From: Ignavibacteriota bacterium
GTDB taxonomy: Bacteria; Bacteroidota; Ignavibacteria; Palsa-1295
Direction of reading: 5' to 3'
Assembly: GCA_963787835.1 (NCBI GenBank)
Contig: CAWBEI010000002.1
Coordinates: forward strand, 1,760,001-1,824,000
Length of the DNA stretch: 64,000 bases
Part shown: positions 48,501-58,252 of the stretch, in pieces
How positions within the stretch are numbered: position 1 is the stretch's first letter
Layout of the letters: every line of letters begins with the position of its first letter
Made by a program: the position numbers and the translations under genes
Notes under the pieces: model-generated
Databases searched by the model: none
The model's input: the letters and a program-made list of their open reading frames with translations, nothing else
What the model was told of the DNA's origin: nothing

Positions 48501-49894
48501 ACGGAGATGCTTAAGCCATCAAGCAGGAATTGCCAGATCATCACAGAAGTGATCGCAAGGATCAATAGGATTGCAGGATGTTCCTTCCGCTCTCGTTCAA
48601 GAGTACGTTCGCGAGACTCATCCTGAACGAGACGTTCGCGTGGCATCCAAATGATCCAGAGCATGATCGCTGAGGCAGTGGCGAAAACACTCGTGATGAA
48701 AAGCTCGAGCGGATTTGTTGCAATACCAAATCCCCAATTCGAAGTGAAATCAGTCGGATTCTGATACGGATCGGCCACCAGCATTCCAAATGATCCGATC
48801 TCTGCGATGAGAGCCCGTGTAACGAAGATCGATCCCAATGCCATCACCGAGTACACCAATCTTGCCTGAATGGGCTTCAGATACTGAGGAACCTCTGCAA
48901 TAGAAGTGAGGAACCAAATAAGCGCCGAAAGGATCGTGAGCGTGAAGGAGAAGATCCAGAGATCGTGCAAGATCTGGTCTTCCAAAGAAGCTTCGGCTTG
49001 CGGCTTGCGATCGATAGAAAGCGATCCAATGAAGCTGGTTGGATCTGCGGGATCGGCCAGCAGATCTTGCCTGACCCATCGGTTGTCTGAATGAACTGTC
49101 CCTGCTCTTCCACCAAATTTGAGCGTTACTCCACGCTTCGCGCTTGTGGAAAGATCGTCCAAAAAATTACTTGGTGGAGCGTTTCCGATCGGTTCTTTGG
49201 TGGCAAGCTGTTGTTTGGTGGCTATAAATGCTTGTATCCTCCCATCTTCGGAAACGAGCTTTCGAATCGAGAGAAGGTAGGAATAGATCGGGCCATTTTG
49301 TAATATTAATGCCTGATCGCGATTTGGCAACAGCATGGTTCCGGTCAGCACTGTATCGATCCCAAAGGTGGCTGCGGAAGGAGAATTCCATGCCAAAAGT
49401 TTGCCTTCACCAGAATAGATGGCATATCCCCTGTTAGCGATCTGACGGCCGAGAGAAGTAGTAAAGTTGACCGTGCTATCCGGCAATCGAGAGGCAAATT
49501 CGAGCTTGCGTTCGTTCAGCAAAGAGAAAAGCGTTCCAGTGCTCCTGTTTGCGAGCGAAGCGTCGATCTCGGGATCATGGGCCATACGTTCTCGGGCTGT
49601 ATCCAACGCTGCGGCAATGGCTTTCAGCCGGTCCTCGGCTCGAATCGCAACTTCTGAGACACTCCACGATCTCTCACTTAGATCGAATCCCAACAGATGA
49701 ACGAGCCAATCCGAACCTCCCGCTACCGCTGATAGCAGTAGAAGTGCAAGCATGAATTTGCGAAATCTTCGAGGCGGGTGTGGGAGCCAACAAGCCCTGG
49801 CATTGACAATAGACCTCCATACGCCGCTCACTGCGCTGGAAAGCAGTGCAATGGAGCGTTTGAAGGACTGCGCTATTTTCTGTGCCAGACTCAT
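45581..49894 (-). CDS. Large multi-TM HAMP sensor histidine kinase (NtrY-like kinase core)
   Basis: DEIGDLMEAFN HAMP; WKEMARQVAHEIKNPLTP; NLLRNA; DTGYG; GMGLGL. Confidence 0.9.
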   Translation of the reverse strand: MSLAQKIAQSFKRSIALLSSAVSGVWRSIVNARACWLPHPPRRFRKFMLALLLLSAVAGGSDWLVHLLGFDLSERSWSVSEVAIRAEDRLKAIAAALDTARERMAHDPEIDASLANRSTGTLFSLLNERKLEFASRLPDSTVNFTTSLGRQIANRGYAIYSGEGKLLAWNSPSAATFGIDTVLTGTMLLPNRDQALILQNGPIYSYLLSIRKLVSEDGRIQAFIATKQQLATKEPIGNAPPSNFLDDLSTSAKRGVTLKFGGRAGTVHSDNRWVRQDLLADPADPTSFIGSLSIDRKPQAEASLEDQILHDLWIFSFTLTILSALIWFLTSIAEVPQYLKPIQARLVYSVMALGSIFVTRALIAEIGSFGMLVADPYQNPTDFTSNWGFGIATNPLELFITSVFATASAIMLWIIWMPRERLVQDESRERTLERERKEHPAILLILAITSVMIWQFLLDGLSISVEAIVRDGTLRYMNVDQVLPSPGGLMMLLSFLGIGVAYLFVSVLILTFGLRATIHLTSSHLSPRRRIVIGSCVSMILLTASVALFNSFALTDTSLLIRSLLATLTFLVSVSIIVIDSVLLDQTEEGPSFLYKLPRSSRAILFILAVSAMIMSPLVADKQFLADELTAHRIVRENAEVDSPQLRQAAEHLLENASKNLSDWEASGHDTAAFREKAFLIWFQGMRDHPWWNASIDLYDASGALESHFATEGAFNEMNLVRPTLDSELMALRHPIARGNSSDGHPPAADTSNTDIRILPSFTLSGAPAIVGGTRLTDTTSVSKLVRSGEPTSTVAGGSLFVTVALWSELPAFANTRARISILPGTTLAAGDNGTNDEFIIAQYRPNILRVTNSPARDVPATVPNAIQQQLPHAGSLWANSIVNGVRYRTLYYPSTTTPLTVQPAIVAVSIPEPAFPRTLEFALRLNAIGLLYGVLIVVSLLIVRQIALRRMRFTLHFRDRIFLIVLVIALVPLVVVTNVTRNLLAERAQVEGQDRLARDAAVIKERMTKSIEQASPSLVARDLSSEVNYLSDVIGRDFSLYDANGHLKASSRPELYESSLLSPTLNSTAVREVIYGKRSFFTSSVEIGLQLYDVGYQSVASRDGSHVLAVLALMDEQPRVEAEIARTTSFIYGTFAALGLVLLGIGALFAARVASPIMELIRATQRVAQGKLTTRVPVTREDEIGDLMEAFNTMTHELERSREIVAQTERELAWKEMARQVAHEIKNPLTPMKLSVQHLEHAHEAKDPNFNTIFRRVIRTMREQIDVLTRIATEFSHFGAMPRRRWGAVDIRKVADSAVALFDAERSRIRFIIDVPKDLPRVHSDEEELRRAFVNLLRNAIQAIEGWGVIVIRAHADQGMVNIGVRDTGYGMSEETLKRVFDPNFSTKTSGMGLGLAIVKKTITDMSGTIRVESTPGHGTTFFIDLPARADIGEES

Positions 49895-49972
49895 TGCTTA
49901 TATGAATACTGTCCGGGGACGCTCCGTTCCATGTGAAAATTGGGCTACAACAGAATGTTCTATTCCTGAGCG

Positions 49973-50620
49973 TTAGCGGGGGGTAGCCGCCATAATTATA
50001 TTCACTGCGAACAGGGTCGGGAATAGATCGATTAGCCATCGTGGCATCGAATAGCCAGAATAGGTTTCGTTGACGATCTTGTAGCCAGCTTGCTGCATAA
50101 GTTCTCGAGCCGATCTGAGCGTAAAAAATCGGATGTGCGTACGATCGAGAATTCCGGAATCGGCGTAATCAAAATTGCCGCGAAGCAATCCAAGTCGAAT
50201 ACGAAGATTTGCTATGTTGGGGAGGCTAACGATAATCTGTCCATTGGGTGCGAGCAAAACGCGTGCTTCCTTAAGGATGCGTAAGGGATCATGGGTATGC
50301 TCGATTACATCACCAAATAAAACAACATCAAAGTCAGGTTTAAATACCTGCACGAGCGCGTTTGTCCATCCGGGTTCTTCCAGGTCGGTAATTGCAACCG
50401 CATTTAAACGCTGCTCTGCTACTTGGAGCGCATCTTCATCACTATCAATTCCAATAACAGTACACTGTTTTCGTTTGTGCAAGGCTGCACCGAGTATTCC
50501 GGTGTGGCATCCGACATCGAGTACGCGCGCATCATCTGGAATCATTTTAAATTGCAGCGCATGAGTGCTGACGGGATCGTCAAGTCGAAGATCGAAATCG
50601 TATGCGTGCTTTTCCTTCAT
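49973..50620 (-). CDS. Class I SAM-dependent methyltransferase
   Basis: VLDVGCHTG; DVIEH; GILDRTHIRFFT. Confidence 0.88.
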   Translation of the reverse strand: MKEKHAYDFDLRLDDPVSTHALQFKMIPDDARVLDVGCHTGILGAALHKRKQCTVIGIDSDEDALQVAEQRLNAVAITDLEEPGWTNALVQVFKPDFDVVLFGDVIEHTHDPLRILKEARVLLAPNGQIIVSLPNIANLRIRLGLLRGNFDYADSGILDRTHIRFFTLRSARELMQQAGYKIVNETYSGYSMPRWLIDLFPTLFAVNIIMAATPR

Positions 50621-50623
50621 GCG

Positions 50624-51286
50624 CTACGCAGCCTCCAGACCTGCCAAATTCAAGATCCAATCGTTGATATGAGCGATCGCATTTAAGGACATTTTATGAG
50701 GGCCTTTGTATTCGTAGAATTCTGATGGAATTCCTATCGATTCGAGAAAGGTCTGCGTGCGCCGAGATGTTTCCTGAGAAAGCACTTCATCATTTGAACC
50801 ATGAGAGAGGATAACGCGCACATTGGTATTCCACTGTTTCCATCGCCGGATCGGACTTGGAAGAAATCCCGACATGGGGACAATTCCCGTCACGTTGAGC
50901 TCTCCACGCAATCCAAGAATCAGGGACATTGCCGCACCTTGACTAAATCCCCAAATAAACAACGGGGATTTTTGCGCATGTAGCCGTTCGATGTGGCGTT
51001 GAATGTTCTTGGTCAATATTTTTTCGGATTCACCAAATCGGTCCGCATCATCGATCTCCTCGTCACCGGCATTTGCATTGGGCTGGAACCACTCGAATCC
51101 GCCGATCGCTGAAGGATAAGGGGCTGTGAAAGCAATGACGTGAAATCTTTGGTCCAGCAAACCCTGAATGGAAAAGATGGTTTTAGCTTCCGCTCCGCGC
51201 CCGTGCAGCAAAACAAGGAGCGGCGGATTTTCCACGGCAGGTTCGCGAGGTAAGCGCTCAAGATAGGGAAGCGATGGTTCTGTCAC
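50624..51286 (-). CDS. Phospholipase/carboxylesterase (alpha/beta hydrolase)
   Basis: LLHGRG, GFSQG, HGSNDEV, GPH. Confidence 0.9.
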   Translation of the reverse strand: MTEPSLPYLERLPREPAVENPPLLVLLHGRGAEAKTIFSIQGLLDQRFHVIAFTAPYPSAIGGFEWFQPNANAGDEEIDDADRFGESEKILTKNIQRHIERLHAQKSPLFIWGFSQGAAMSLILGLRGELNVTGIVPMSGFLPSPIRRWKQWNTNVRVILSHGSNDEVLSQETSRRTQTFLESIGIPSEFYEYKGPHKMSLNAIAHINDWILNLAGLEAA

Positions 51287-51357
51287 GAAAAATGCAAAAT
51301 ATTAGGCGGAACTACGCCCGTTCAGAAATACGTTCGTGCGCGGCTAACAATAATCGA

Positions 51358-51387
51358 TCATCTTTCATCTTTCATAATTCATCTTTC
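51358..51387. repeat. Heptamer tandem repeat before tRNA-Met
   Basis: tcatctt tcatctt tcataat tcatctt. Confidence 0.75.
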
Positions 51388-51392
51388 CTCCT

Positions 51393-51466
51393 GGCGGGGT
51401 AGCTCAGTCGGTTAGAGCGTCGGAATCATAATCCGCAGGTCGTGGGTTCGAATCCCTCCCCCGCTA
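51393..51466 (+). tRNA. tRNA-Met(CAT), elongator type
   Basis: Acceptor GGCGGGG/CCCCGCT, D-arm AGCTCAGTCGGTTAGAGC, loop AT-CAT-AA, GGTTCGAATCC T-arm. Confidence 0.9.
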
Positions 51467-51480
51467 CGTCATATCATTAG

Positions 51481-51515
51481 AGAGCGCCGAATCCATTCAG
51501 GATTCGGCGCTCTTT
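51481..51515. terminator. Terminator between tRNA-Met and the tricorn gene
   Basis: agagcgccgaatcc-attca-ggattcggcgctct-tt. Confidence 0.8.
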
Positions 51516-51530
51516 ACTTTCAAGAATTTC

Positions 51531-54500
51531 CTACTGCTTTTTCATCAACACTTCCACGGCCTTTTCTAATTGAAGGTCCCGGCCTTGCGCAACGGATTCC
51601 GGATCGTTGTTGACGGTATAATCCGGCTCGAGTTGCTGACCTTCAAGGTATTTCCCGTTCATATCCAACATGCCGACCTGAGGAATGCCAAAATAGAGGG
51701 AATTATCCTGTAGTGTTTCCCACCACACGGCAGTCGCCGTACCTGGCACAGGCATTCCGACGATCTTCCCGATCCCCAATGCTCGATAAGTATAGGGGAA
51801 GAAGGAAGCGTCGCTATAATTGCTTTCGCTTACAAGCACGACCGATGGTTTTGCCCATTTCTGCTGTGGCTCACTTCCCAGATCCTGGTGACGAGGAAAG
51901 AATTTAACGTATTCCTTTCCGCTTAAGAGCGTGGCGAGTTCATCGTGAAGCCAGCCGCCGCCATTGAAGCGCGTATCCACAATGAGGGCATCTTTGTCAT
52001 ATTCGCGTCCAAGGATCTCCGAATATGCATGACGGTAGCCCTCATCTCCCATGCTTCGGACATGAACGTAGCCGATCCTCCCATGTGATAAACTATCGAC
52101 TTCCAATCGCCGTGATTTGATCCATCGCTCATACAGCAGTTCATTTTCTTCTTCTCGGGAAATTGGTTTCACCGTCTCTTCCCATGTGGAATCCTTTTGG
52201 GGATTGTAAAGCGAAAGGAGTGTTGGCTTGTCTGCTTTTCGATTGAGAAAAAGATTGAAATCGACCGCCGGAGTAATTTCATGATCGTCGATTTTGAGTA
52301 TGACTGTGCCATTGGTTATCTTCGACGATGCGATATCAAGCGGCCCTTTTTCGATTATTTCTTGTATCCTGACTCCTTTCCCCGAATAATTCTGATCGAA
52401 GAATGCTCCGAGCGACGCCGTTGCATTTTGTTCGGGATTCGGTGGACGGTATCCCGAGCCGGTATGTGAGGCGTTCAACTCGCCTAGCATCTCGCTCAAC
52501 ATCTCGGCGAAGTCATAATTGTTGTTGATATAGGGAAGAAAACGCTCGTAATTAGCTTTATAATAATTCCAATCGACTCCGTTCAAATTTTCGACGTAGA
52601 ATTTCTTCAGGACCTGCCGCCAGACGTGCTCGAACAGATAGGCTCGCTCGGCGGGCCTGTTAAGTTCCATTCCGGCACGGTAGCCGATGTGTTTTTCTGC
52701 GCCAGAACTGGTATCGACACGGGCAATATTTCCATTGTTAAGCACATAAAGATTTTTACCGGATTCATCCTGGATGAGGCTGCCTCCGGGGGCTTCAAAT
52801 TTCGTCAGGATCTTGGTCTGGTCGTCGCGCAAGATGTGAACCCACAGGGCTGAACCCTTCGCATAGCTCGTTAGATAATAAAGTCGCTCGCCATCACGGG
52901 AGAGGACGGCATCTGACATGCGAGAAGAATTGATCGTGAGCCGTGCTGTCCGGTCCTCGATGTTTTTCAGATCGATGGTGATCGGCGGGATCGGTTTTTT
53001 AACGAAAGTGGAATCTTTCGATCTATTCTTTTTATCTTCTTTGTTTTCAGCAGTATCCTTTTCCTCATGTTTCGAAAGATCGTACTCCTCCCGTGTCATG
53101 CGAAAGCGGTCATACGCGGCCTGCGTGAAGAACATGCCAAATACATCGCTTTCGACGCCGTTGTTGGAATGGCTGCGGAGACCTTGCCGGTCGCTAAACC
53201 AATACACCATGCTGCCATCGGCGGACCACATAGGCTGGTTATCGTCATATCCACTATTGGTCAGATCGACAATGGGGCCTTTGCCTTGAGCATCGATAAG
53301 GCCCACCGCCGGGGACCATCTTGCGTGGTCTATGAAATTGACCAAGAACCATTTACCATCCGGCGACCACTGGTACCATTGATCGCCATCGGTATAGGAA
53401 TAGTTATGTGTGGAATCCATGATCGTCCGGATCGCGTTGGTCTTTAAATTGATGACCTTCAGATTCGTGCGCTCTTCGAGATAGGCAACTTCATTGCCGT
53501 CCGGAGAATAATGCGGTTGGAATGTTTCTCGATCCGTCGCGATAACAGCCTCCTCCTTCAGCGTAGTTGATGCATAAAAATAGGGTTCCTCTTTATGCTC
53601 GATCGTTGTTTGGTAGATCTTCCAGCTATTGCCGCGCTCGCTGGCATAGAGCAGAGATCTCCCATCGGGACTAAAACTAATACTCCGTTCTTGCTCGGGC
53701 GTATTGGTGATGCGCTTGGTCACGTCGTAATCCACAGAGGCCACGAAAATATCGCCACGCACGACGAACGCAAATTCTTTTCCATTGGGCGAAACTGCAA
53801 ATTCAGTCGCTCCGGAAGTGAGCGTAGCAAAATTTGTGCTATTCGCCTTTTCGGTTGGTACAATTTCGATGGATACTTTTACGGGTGAGTCACTGCCAGC
53901 CGGTAGCAGGTAGATCTCTCCGTTCAGGCCAAAGCACAGGGTTCCTGTATGCGCGATCGAGAGAAATCGAACAGGATTCTTATCGTATGCCGTGATCTGG
54001 GAAATTTGCTCTGGATGTGCAATAGGCAATTTCCAGATATTGAAAGATCCGCTTTTTTCGCTGAGATAGTATGCCTCTGATTCATCCGGCGACCAAACAG
54101 GGTTGCGATCCTCCCCGACAAACGATGTAAGTTTGGTATGGTGTTTCGTTGTTCTGTCATAAAGCCAAATGTCTCGGGCAATAGAAGCCATTTCATGTTT
54201 ACGCCATTCGTTCTCATATCCTTTTCGGTCTTCATACAAGATACGGTTCCCGCTCTTATCCATTTGTGCGTGAAGTGCCGGTGTGGTCAGTAATTGCCGA
54301 GGCACTCCTCCATTGATCGAAACCGCGTAGAGCTCTGGAAGTACTCCGACGGGAAATTGAACATTGTGTGCATCGTCCATCCGAACGGCGGAGAACAGGA
54401 CCGAATCTCCTTTGGGTGTGAATCCGGTTGGCACTTCGCCAGCAGTATGCACGGTGAGCTGTTTCGAGATCCCGCCGGTGGATGGAACCAGAAATACATC

Positions 54501-54782
54501 GAAATTACCATTGCGATCGCTGGCATACGCGATCCATTTGCCATCCGGTGACCAGACCGGATTGAAATCGTACGCAATATGCGTGACAATGGCTGTCGCG
54601 CGCCCGCCTGTGCTGGGCACGGTGTAAATATCACCTTGGTATTCGAAAGCAATGGTAGTCCCATCCGGGGAGACAGCAGGATAGCGCATCCACAACGGAT
54701 GATCGCTCACATCGGCAGATTGCGCAAAAGTAGGCAAAGATGAAAGTAATAAAGAGAAAACAACGAAGTAAAAACGGCGCAT
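51531..54782 (-). CDS. Tricorn protease (S41 family)
   Basis: PD40 repeats (WSPDG), EMLGELNASH, PDZ, GYVHVRSM, DTRFNGGG, NYSDA, RDLQLEKAV. Confidence 0.93.
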   Translation of the reverse strand: MRRFYFVVFSLLLSSLPTFAQSADVSDHPLWMRYPAVSPDGTTIAFEYQGDIYTVPSTGGRATAIVTHIAYDFNPVWSPDGKWIAYASDRNGNFDVFLVPSTGGISKQLTVHTAGEVPTGFTPKGDSVLFSAVRMDDAHNVQFPVGVLPELYAVSINGGVPRQLLTTPALHAQMDKSGNRILYEDRKGYENEWRKHEMASIARDIWLYDRTTKHHTKLTSFVGEDRNPVWSPDESEAYYLSEKSGSFNIWKLPIAHPEQISQITAYDKNPVRFLSIAHTGTLCFGLNGEIYLLPAGSDSPVKVSIEIVPTEKANSTNFATLTSGATEFAVSPNGKEFAFVVRGDIFVASVDYDVTKRITNTPEQERSISFSPDGRSLLYASERGNSWKIYQTTIEHKEEPYFYASTTLKEEAVIATDRETFQPHYSPDGNEVAYLEERTNLKVINLKTNAIRTIMDSTHNYSYTDGDQWYQWSPDGKWFLVNFIDHARWSPAVGLIDAQGKGPIVDLTNSGYDDNQPMWSADGSMVYWFSDRQGLRSHSNNGVESDVFGMFFTQAAYDRFRMTREEYDLSKHEEKDTAENKEDKKNRSKDSTFVKKPIPPITIDLKNIEDRTARLTINSSRMSDAVLSRDGERLYYLTSYAKGSALWVHILRDDQTKILTKFEAPGGSLIQDESGKNLYVLNNGNIARVDTSSGAEKHIGYRAGMELNRPAERAYLFEHVWRQVLKKFYVENLNGVDWNYYKANYERFLPYINNNYDFAEMLSEMLGELNASHTGSGYRPPNPEQNATASLGAFFDQNYSGKGVRIQEIIEKGPLDIASSKITNGTVILKIDDHEITPAVDFNLFLNRKADKPTLLSLYNPQKDSTWEETVKPISREEENELLYERWIKSRRLEVDSLSHGRIGYVHVRSMGDEGYRHAYSEILGREYDKDALIVDTRFNGGGWLHDELATLLSGKEYVKFFPRHQDLGSEPQQKWAKPSVVLVSESNYSDASFFPYTYRALGIGKIVGMPVPGTATAVWWETLQDNSLYFGIPQVGMLDMNGKYLEGQQLEPDYTVNNDPESVAQGRDLQLEKAVEVLMKKQ

Positions 54783-54955
54783 TCGAATAGTGTTATAAAT
54801 GAAACGACTCTTGCAATGCCAGGGATTAAGGAATTAGGCACTGTTAACGAGAGAATCCTCATAGGAGTTACCGGAAATGCGGATTTTTTAGGTCTGGAGG
54901 AAAGACACCTGACTTGCGAATCTAATGTAAAGTCACATGGTTATGCGATAGTTCT

Positions 54956-55924
54956 ATGGTCAAAATCGGGAATCTAACGCTTGGAGAGCATCTGCTCCTG
55001 CTCGCGCCAATGGAGGACGTGACGGATGTCTCATTCCGGCTCCTTATGCGCCAGCTTGGGGCTAGCGCCGTATATACCGAGTTCATTTCGAGTGAGGCGC
55101 TGATTCGGGAAGTGGCAAAATCGGTGAAAAAGCTTACCACTTCGCCATTAGAGCGGCCCGTCGCTATTCAGATCTATGGCGGCGATCCAGATGTAATGCG
55201 CGAGGCTGCGATCATTTCCGAGGAGGCTGCGCCGGACTTTATCGACATTAATTGTGGCTGTTGGGTCAAGAATGTCGCAGGGAAAGGTGCCGGAGCGGGT
55301 CTTCTCAAGGATCCACAACGGATGGATCGAATGGTTCGGGCAGTAGTCGATGCGGTAAAGCTTCCTGTTACTGTGAAAACCCGGCTTGGCTGGGATCAGG
55401 ATTCCATCAACATTCTCAACATCGCGCCAATGCTCGAACAAGCTGGCGCCCAAGCGCTTACGATTCATTGCCGCACCAGGGCCCAAGGGCACAACGGCGA
55501 AGCGGACTGGTCCTGGATTCCAAAGATCAAGCAGGTTGTCTCCATTCCCGTATTTCTTAATGGTGATGTGAAGGCGCCAGAAGATGCCGAGCGGGCGTTC
55601 CGTGAAACCGGCTGCGATGGAGTAATGATCGCTCGTGGGGCGATCACGAATCCATTTATTTTTCAGCAGATACATCAGCTTCGGGAGACGGGCACCTATT
55701 CGCAGCCAACGATCGCGGAGCGTGTTGAACTGTGCGTTCGGCACTTGCGTCACTCCTGTGAAGTGCGTGGAGAGCAGCGGGGTGTTTTTGCATTCCGTAA
55801 GCATTATGCCGGTTACCTTCGAGAAGTACATGGCGGCTCGAAAGTGCGCTCGGAACTTATGCAAATAACAGAACTCGAACGCTGTGTCGATAGGCTCCAG
55901 CAGTTTAGCTCCGCAATGGTGTAA
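54956..55924 (+). CDS. dusB: tRNA-dihydrouridine synthase B
   Basis: LAPMEDVTD, IDINCGC, PVTVKTRLGW, IHCRTR, NGDV, GVMIARGA. Confidence 0.92.
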   Translation: MVKIGNLTLGEHLLLLAPMEDVTDVSFRLLMRQLGASAVYTEFISSEALIREVAKSVKKLTTSPLERPVAIQIYGGDPDVMREAAIISEEAAPDFIDINCGCWVKNVAGKGAGAGLLKDPQRMDRMVRAVVDAVKLPVTVKTRLGWDQDSINILNIAPMLEQAGAQALTIHCRTRAQGHNGEADWSWIPKIKQVVSIPVFLNGDVKAPEDAERAFRETGCDGVMIARGAITNPFIFQQIHQLRETGTYSQPTIAERVELCVRHLRHSCEVRGEQRGVFAFRKHYAGYLREVHGGSKVRSELMQITELERCVDRLQQFSSAMV

Positions 55925-55932
55925 ACTGGTTT

Positions 55933-57087
55933 TTAATTCGGCTCCAACGTCTGGGAACGGGCTGAAACACGCTTCAGACGCCCAAGCGCGAGTTCTTTCC
56001 ACTCCACAAAAGTCCCATCCAGTATTTTTGTTCTTGCCTCACGAACAAGTTCCTCGTAAAACGCGATATTATGTAATGTGGCCAACGTTAGCCCTAAAAT
56101 TTCGTTGGAATTAAAAAGATGGGCAAGATACGCCTTCGAAAAATTTTGTGAAGCGTAGGAATTGGTCTCAGGGTCGATCGGGCTGTGGTCGTTCTTCCAT
56201 TTCGAATTTCGCATGTTGATCTTGCCATCTCGCGTGAAGAGTTGTCCATTGCGGGCGTTGCGGGTCGGTAATACGCAATCGAACATATCGACGCCGCGCG
56301 AGATGGATTCCAGCAGGTCCGCTGGGGTTCCCACGCCCATCAGATAACGAGGTTTTTCTCTTGGCAGCAGATCCGTCGTCCAGTTCGTTACTTCGTACAT
56401 TACTTCATTCGGTTCCCCCACGGCGAGTCCGCCTATCGCGTAACCCTCTGCATTCATTGCAATAAGTTCTCTTGCGCAGGACTCACGAAGATCGCGGTGT
56501 GTGCCTCCCTGAACGATCAGAAATAGTGATTGCTCGTACCCATGCTGAGTATCCGTCTCAACAAATCGATCCATCGAGCGCCCGGCCCACGCGATCGTTC
56601 TCTGAACGGCTCGCTCGACAACCACTCGTTCGGCATCCGAAGGCGGGCATTCGTCGAGTACCATCATGATGTCCGGCCCGATGGCTCGCTCGATGTCAAT
56701 TACTTTTTCCGCCGTGAAATAATGGGCCGAGCCGTCGAGATGGCTTTTAAAATGTACCCCTTCGTCCGTTGTTTTGCGAAGGTCAGCAAGCGAATAGACC
56801 TGGTAACCACCGGAATCGGTCAGTACACTTCCGTGCCAGTTCGCAAAGCGGTGAACACCCCCAGCTTGTGCAATTATTTCCGTTCCTGGCCGCAAATAGA
56901 GGTGATAGGCATTTGCCAAGACCATCCGAGCGCCCGTTTCCCAAACATCCCTTTGTGTGAGAGCCTTGACCGTTGCATTCGTTCCGACAGGCATGAACGT
57001 TGGTGTTTCTATCGTGCCATGAGCCGTTCGAATGACCCCGGCACGGGCTTTCGATCGGGTGTCAGTCTTTTGGAGTGTGAATTCCAC
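55933..57087 (-). CDS. tgt: tRNA-guanine transglycosylase
   Basis: TPTFMPVGT, TDSGGYQV, IGGLAVGE, YLMGVG, DMFDCVLPTRNARNG. Confidence 0.96.
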   Translation of the reverse strand: MEFTLQKTDTRSKARAGVIRTAHGTIETPTFMPVGTNATVKALTQRDVWETGARMVLANAYHLYLRPGTEIIAQAGGVHRFANWHGSVLTDSGGYQVYSLADLRKTTDEGVHFKSHLDGSAHYFTAEKVIDIERAIGPDIMMVLDECPPSDAERVVVERAVQRTIAWAGRSMDRFVETDTQHGYEQSLFLIVQGGTHRDLRESCARELIAMNAEGYAIGGLAVGEPNEVMYEVTNWTTDLLPREKPRYLMGVGTPADLLESISRGVDMFDCVLPTRNARNGQLFTRDGKINMRNSKWKNDHSPIDPETNSYASQNFSKAYLAHLFNSNEILGLTLATLHNIAFYEELVREARTKILDGTFVEWKELALGRLKRVSARSQTLEPN

Positions 57088-57095
57088 AGATAGTA

Positions 57096-57749
57096 TTATG
57101 CTGATTCGAGGCGAATTTCCCGATTCGCGATGGCGCGTTCGCGTTCGTCGTTCGTAGCGATAAAGACAATGGCCCCTCGGTCGGCAGCTTCTTTGGTTCG
57201 CTCTAACATCATGGATGTTCCGGCTTCATCCAAATTCGAAGTTGGTTCGTCCAGCAATAGTGCGGCAGGGGAGCACGCGAATGCCATTGCTGACCGGACG
57301 CGCTGTTTCATGCCGGAACTATATGCTCGCATTCTTCTGTCGCTGCCAGCGATCTTGGGATCGAGGCCAAACCTTTCCAGAAGTTCCAACGCGGCCTCGG
57401 AGCGAAGGGGGATACCTTTCATCGAGGCGACGAATTCAACATGTTCTACTGCCGTCAGCTCATCATAGAGTTCCATATAGGGAGCAGAAAAGCCAAGCCG
57501 AACCCGGATCCCATCATTATCGAGCTTTGTGCTGCCGTTCTGCCATACCTGCGACCCTTTCGTTGGAGAAAGCACATTCGCGATTATCTTTAACAGTGTA
57601 CTTTTTCCCGCTCCATTGGAACCCGTAATCGCAATGATTTCTGAGGACCTGGCTTCGAACGATACCTTCCTAAATACCGGGCGCTGCGAAAACCGCTTCT
57701 CGATGCCATTCGCAATAATGGTCAGGGACTCCATGCGATCACCGGTCAT
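57096..57749 (-). CDS. ABC transporter ATP-binding protein (CcmA-like)
   Basis: GSNGAGKST, YSSGMKQR, LLLDEPT. Confidence 0.85.
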   Translation of the reverse strand: MTGDRMESLTIIANGIEKRFSQRPVFRKVSFEARSSEIIAITGSNGAGKSTLLKIIANVLSPTKGSQVWQNGSTKLDNDGIRVRLGFSAPYMELYDELTAVEHVEFVASMKGIPLRSEAALELLERFGLDPKIAGSDRRMRAYSSGMKQRVRSAMAFACSPAALLLDEPTSNLDEAGTSMMLERTKEAADRGAIVFIATNDERERAIANREIRLESA

Positions 57750-58248
57750 TGGATCGAGCACTTTCTTCGCGGATTTTTAAACGGTGTGCGCGGCGAGCTT
57801 CTGCTTCTTCGTACCGTAGTTTCTCTTCCGGCGTCTCTGGGTGAAGCTCTGGAACTTTCGCAGCGTGTCCGAATTCATCGAGCGCAACAAATGTGAGATA
57901 GGCCGAACTCACATGGCGAATATCGCCAGTGCGGAAATCTTCAACATCCGCATGTACTCCTACTTCCATCGACGTGTGAAATGCCCTGTTCACACTGGCC
58001 CTCAACCGCACGACCTGGCCTAGCTTAACCGGCAGTAGAAAGCTCATTTCATCGACACTGGCCGTGACCGATATACGGTTCGAGTGCCGCTGGGCACTGA
58101 GCGCGGCAGCAATATCTACCCAGTGCATCAGGCGCCCGCCGAGCAGGTTCCCAAGCTGATTGGTATCGTTCGGCAATACCAGCTCCGTAAGTTCCACTGA
58201 GGAGGAGGATGGCGTTTTGGGCGGACGTGGCGAATGCTGTTCTTGCAT
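57739..58248 (-). CDS. Acyl-CoA thioesterase (HotDog fold)
   Basis: VLPNDTNQLGNLLGGRLMHWVD...AYLTFVALD. Confidence 0.92.
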   Translation of the reverse strand: MQEQHSPRPPKTPSSSSVELTELVLPNDTNQLGNLLGGRLMHWVDIAAALSAQRHSNRISVTASVDEMSFLLPVKLGQVVRLRASVNRAFHTSMEVGVHADVEDFRTGDIRHVSSAYLTFVALDEFGHAAKVPELHPETPEEKLRYEEAEARRAHRLKIREESARSNDR

Positions 58249-58252
58249 AGGA

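Noticed and set aside
33361-51466. tRNA-anchored genomic islands
   Set aside because: No integrase and no duplicated tRNA 3' ends; flanking genes are housekeeping.
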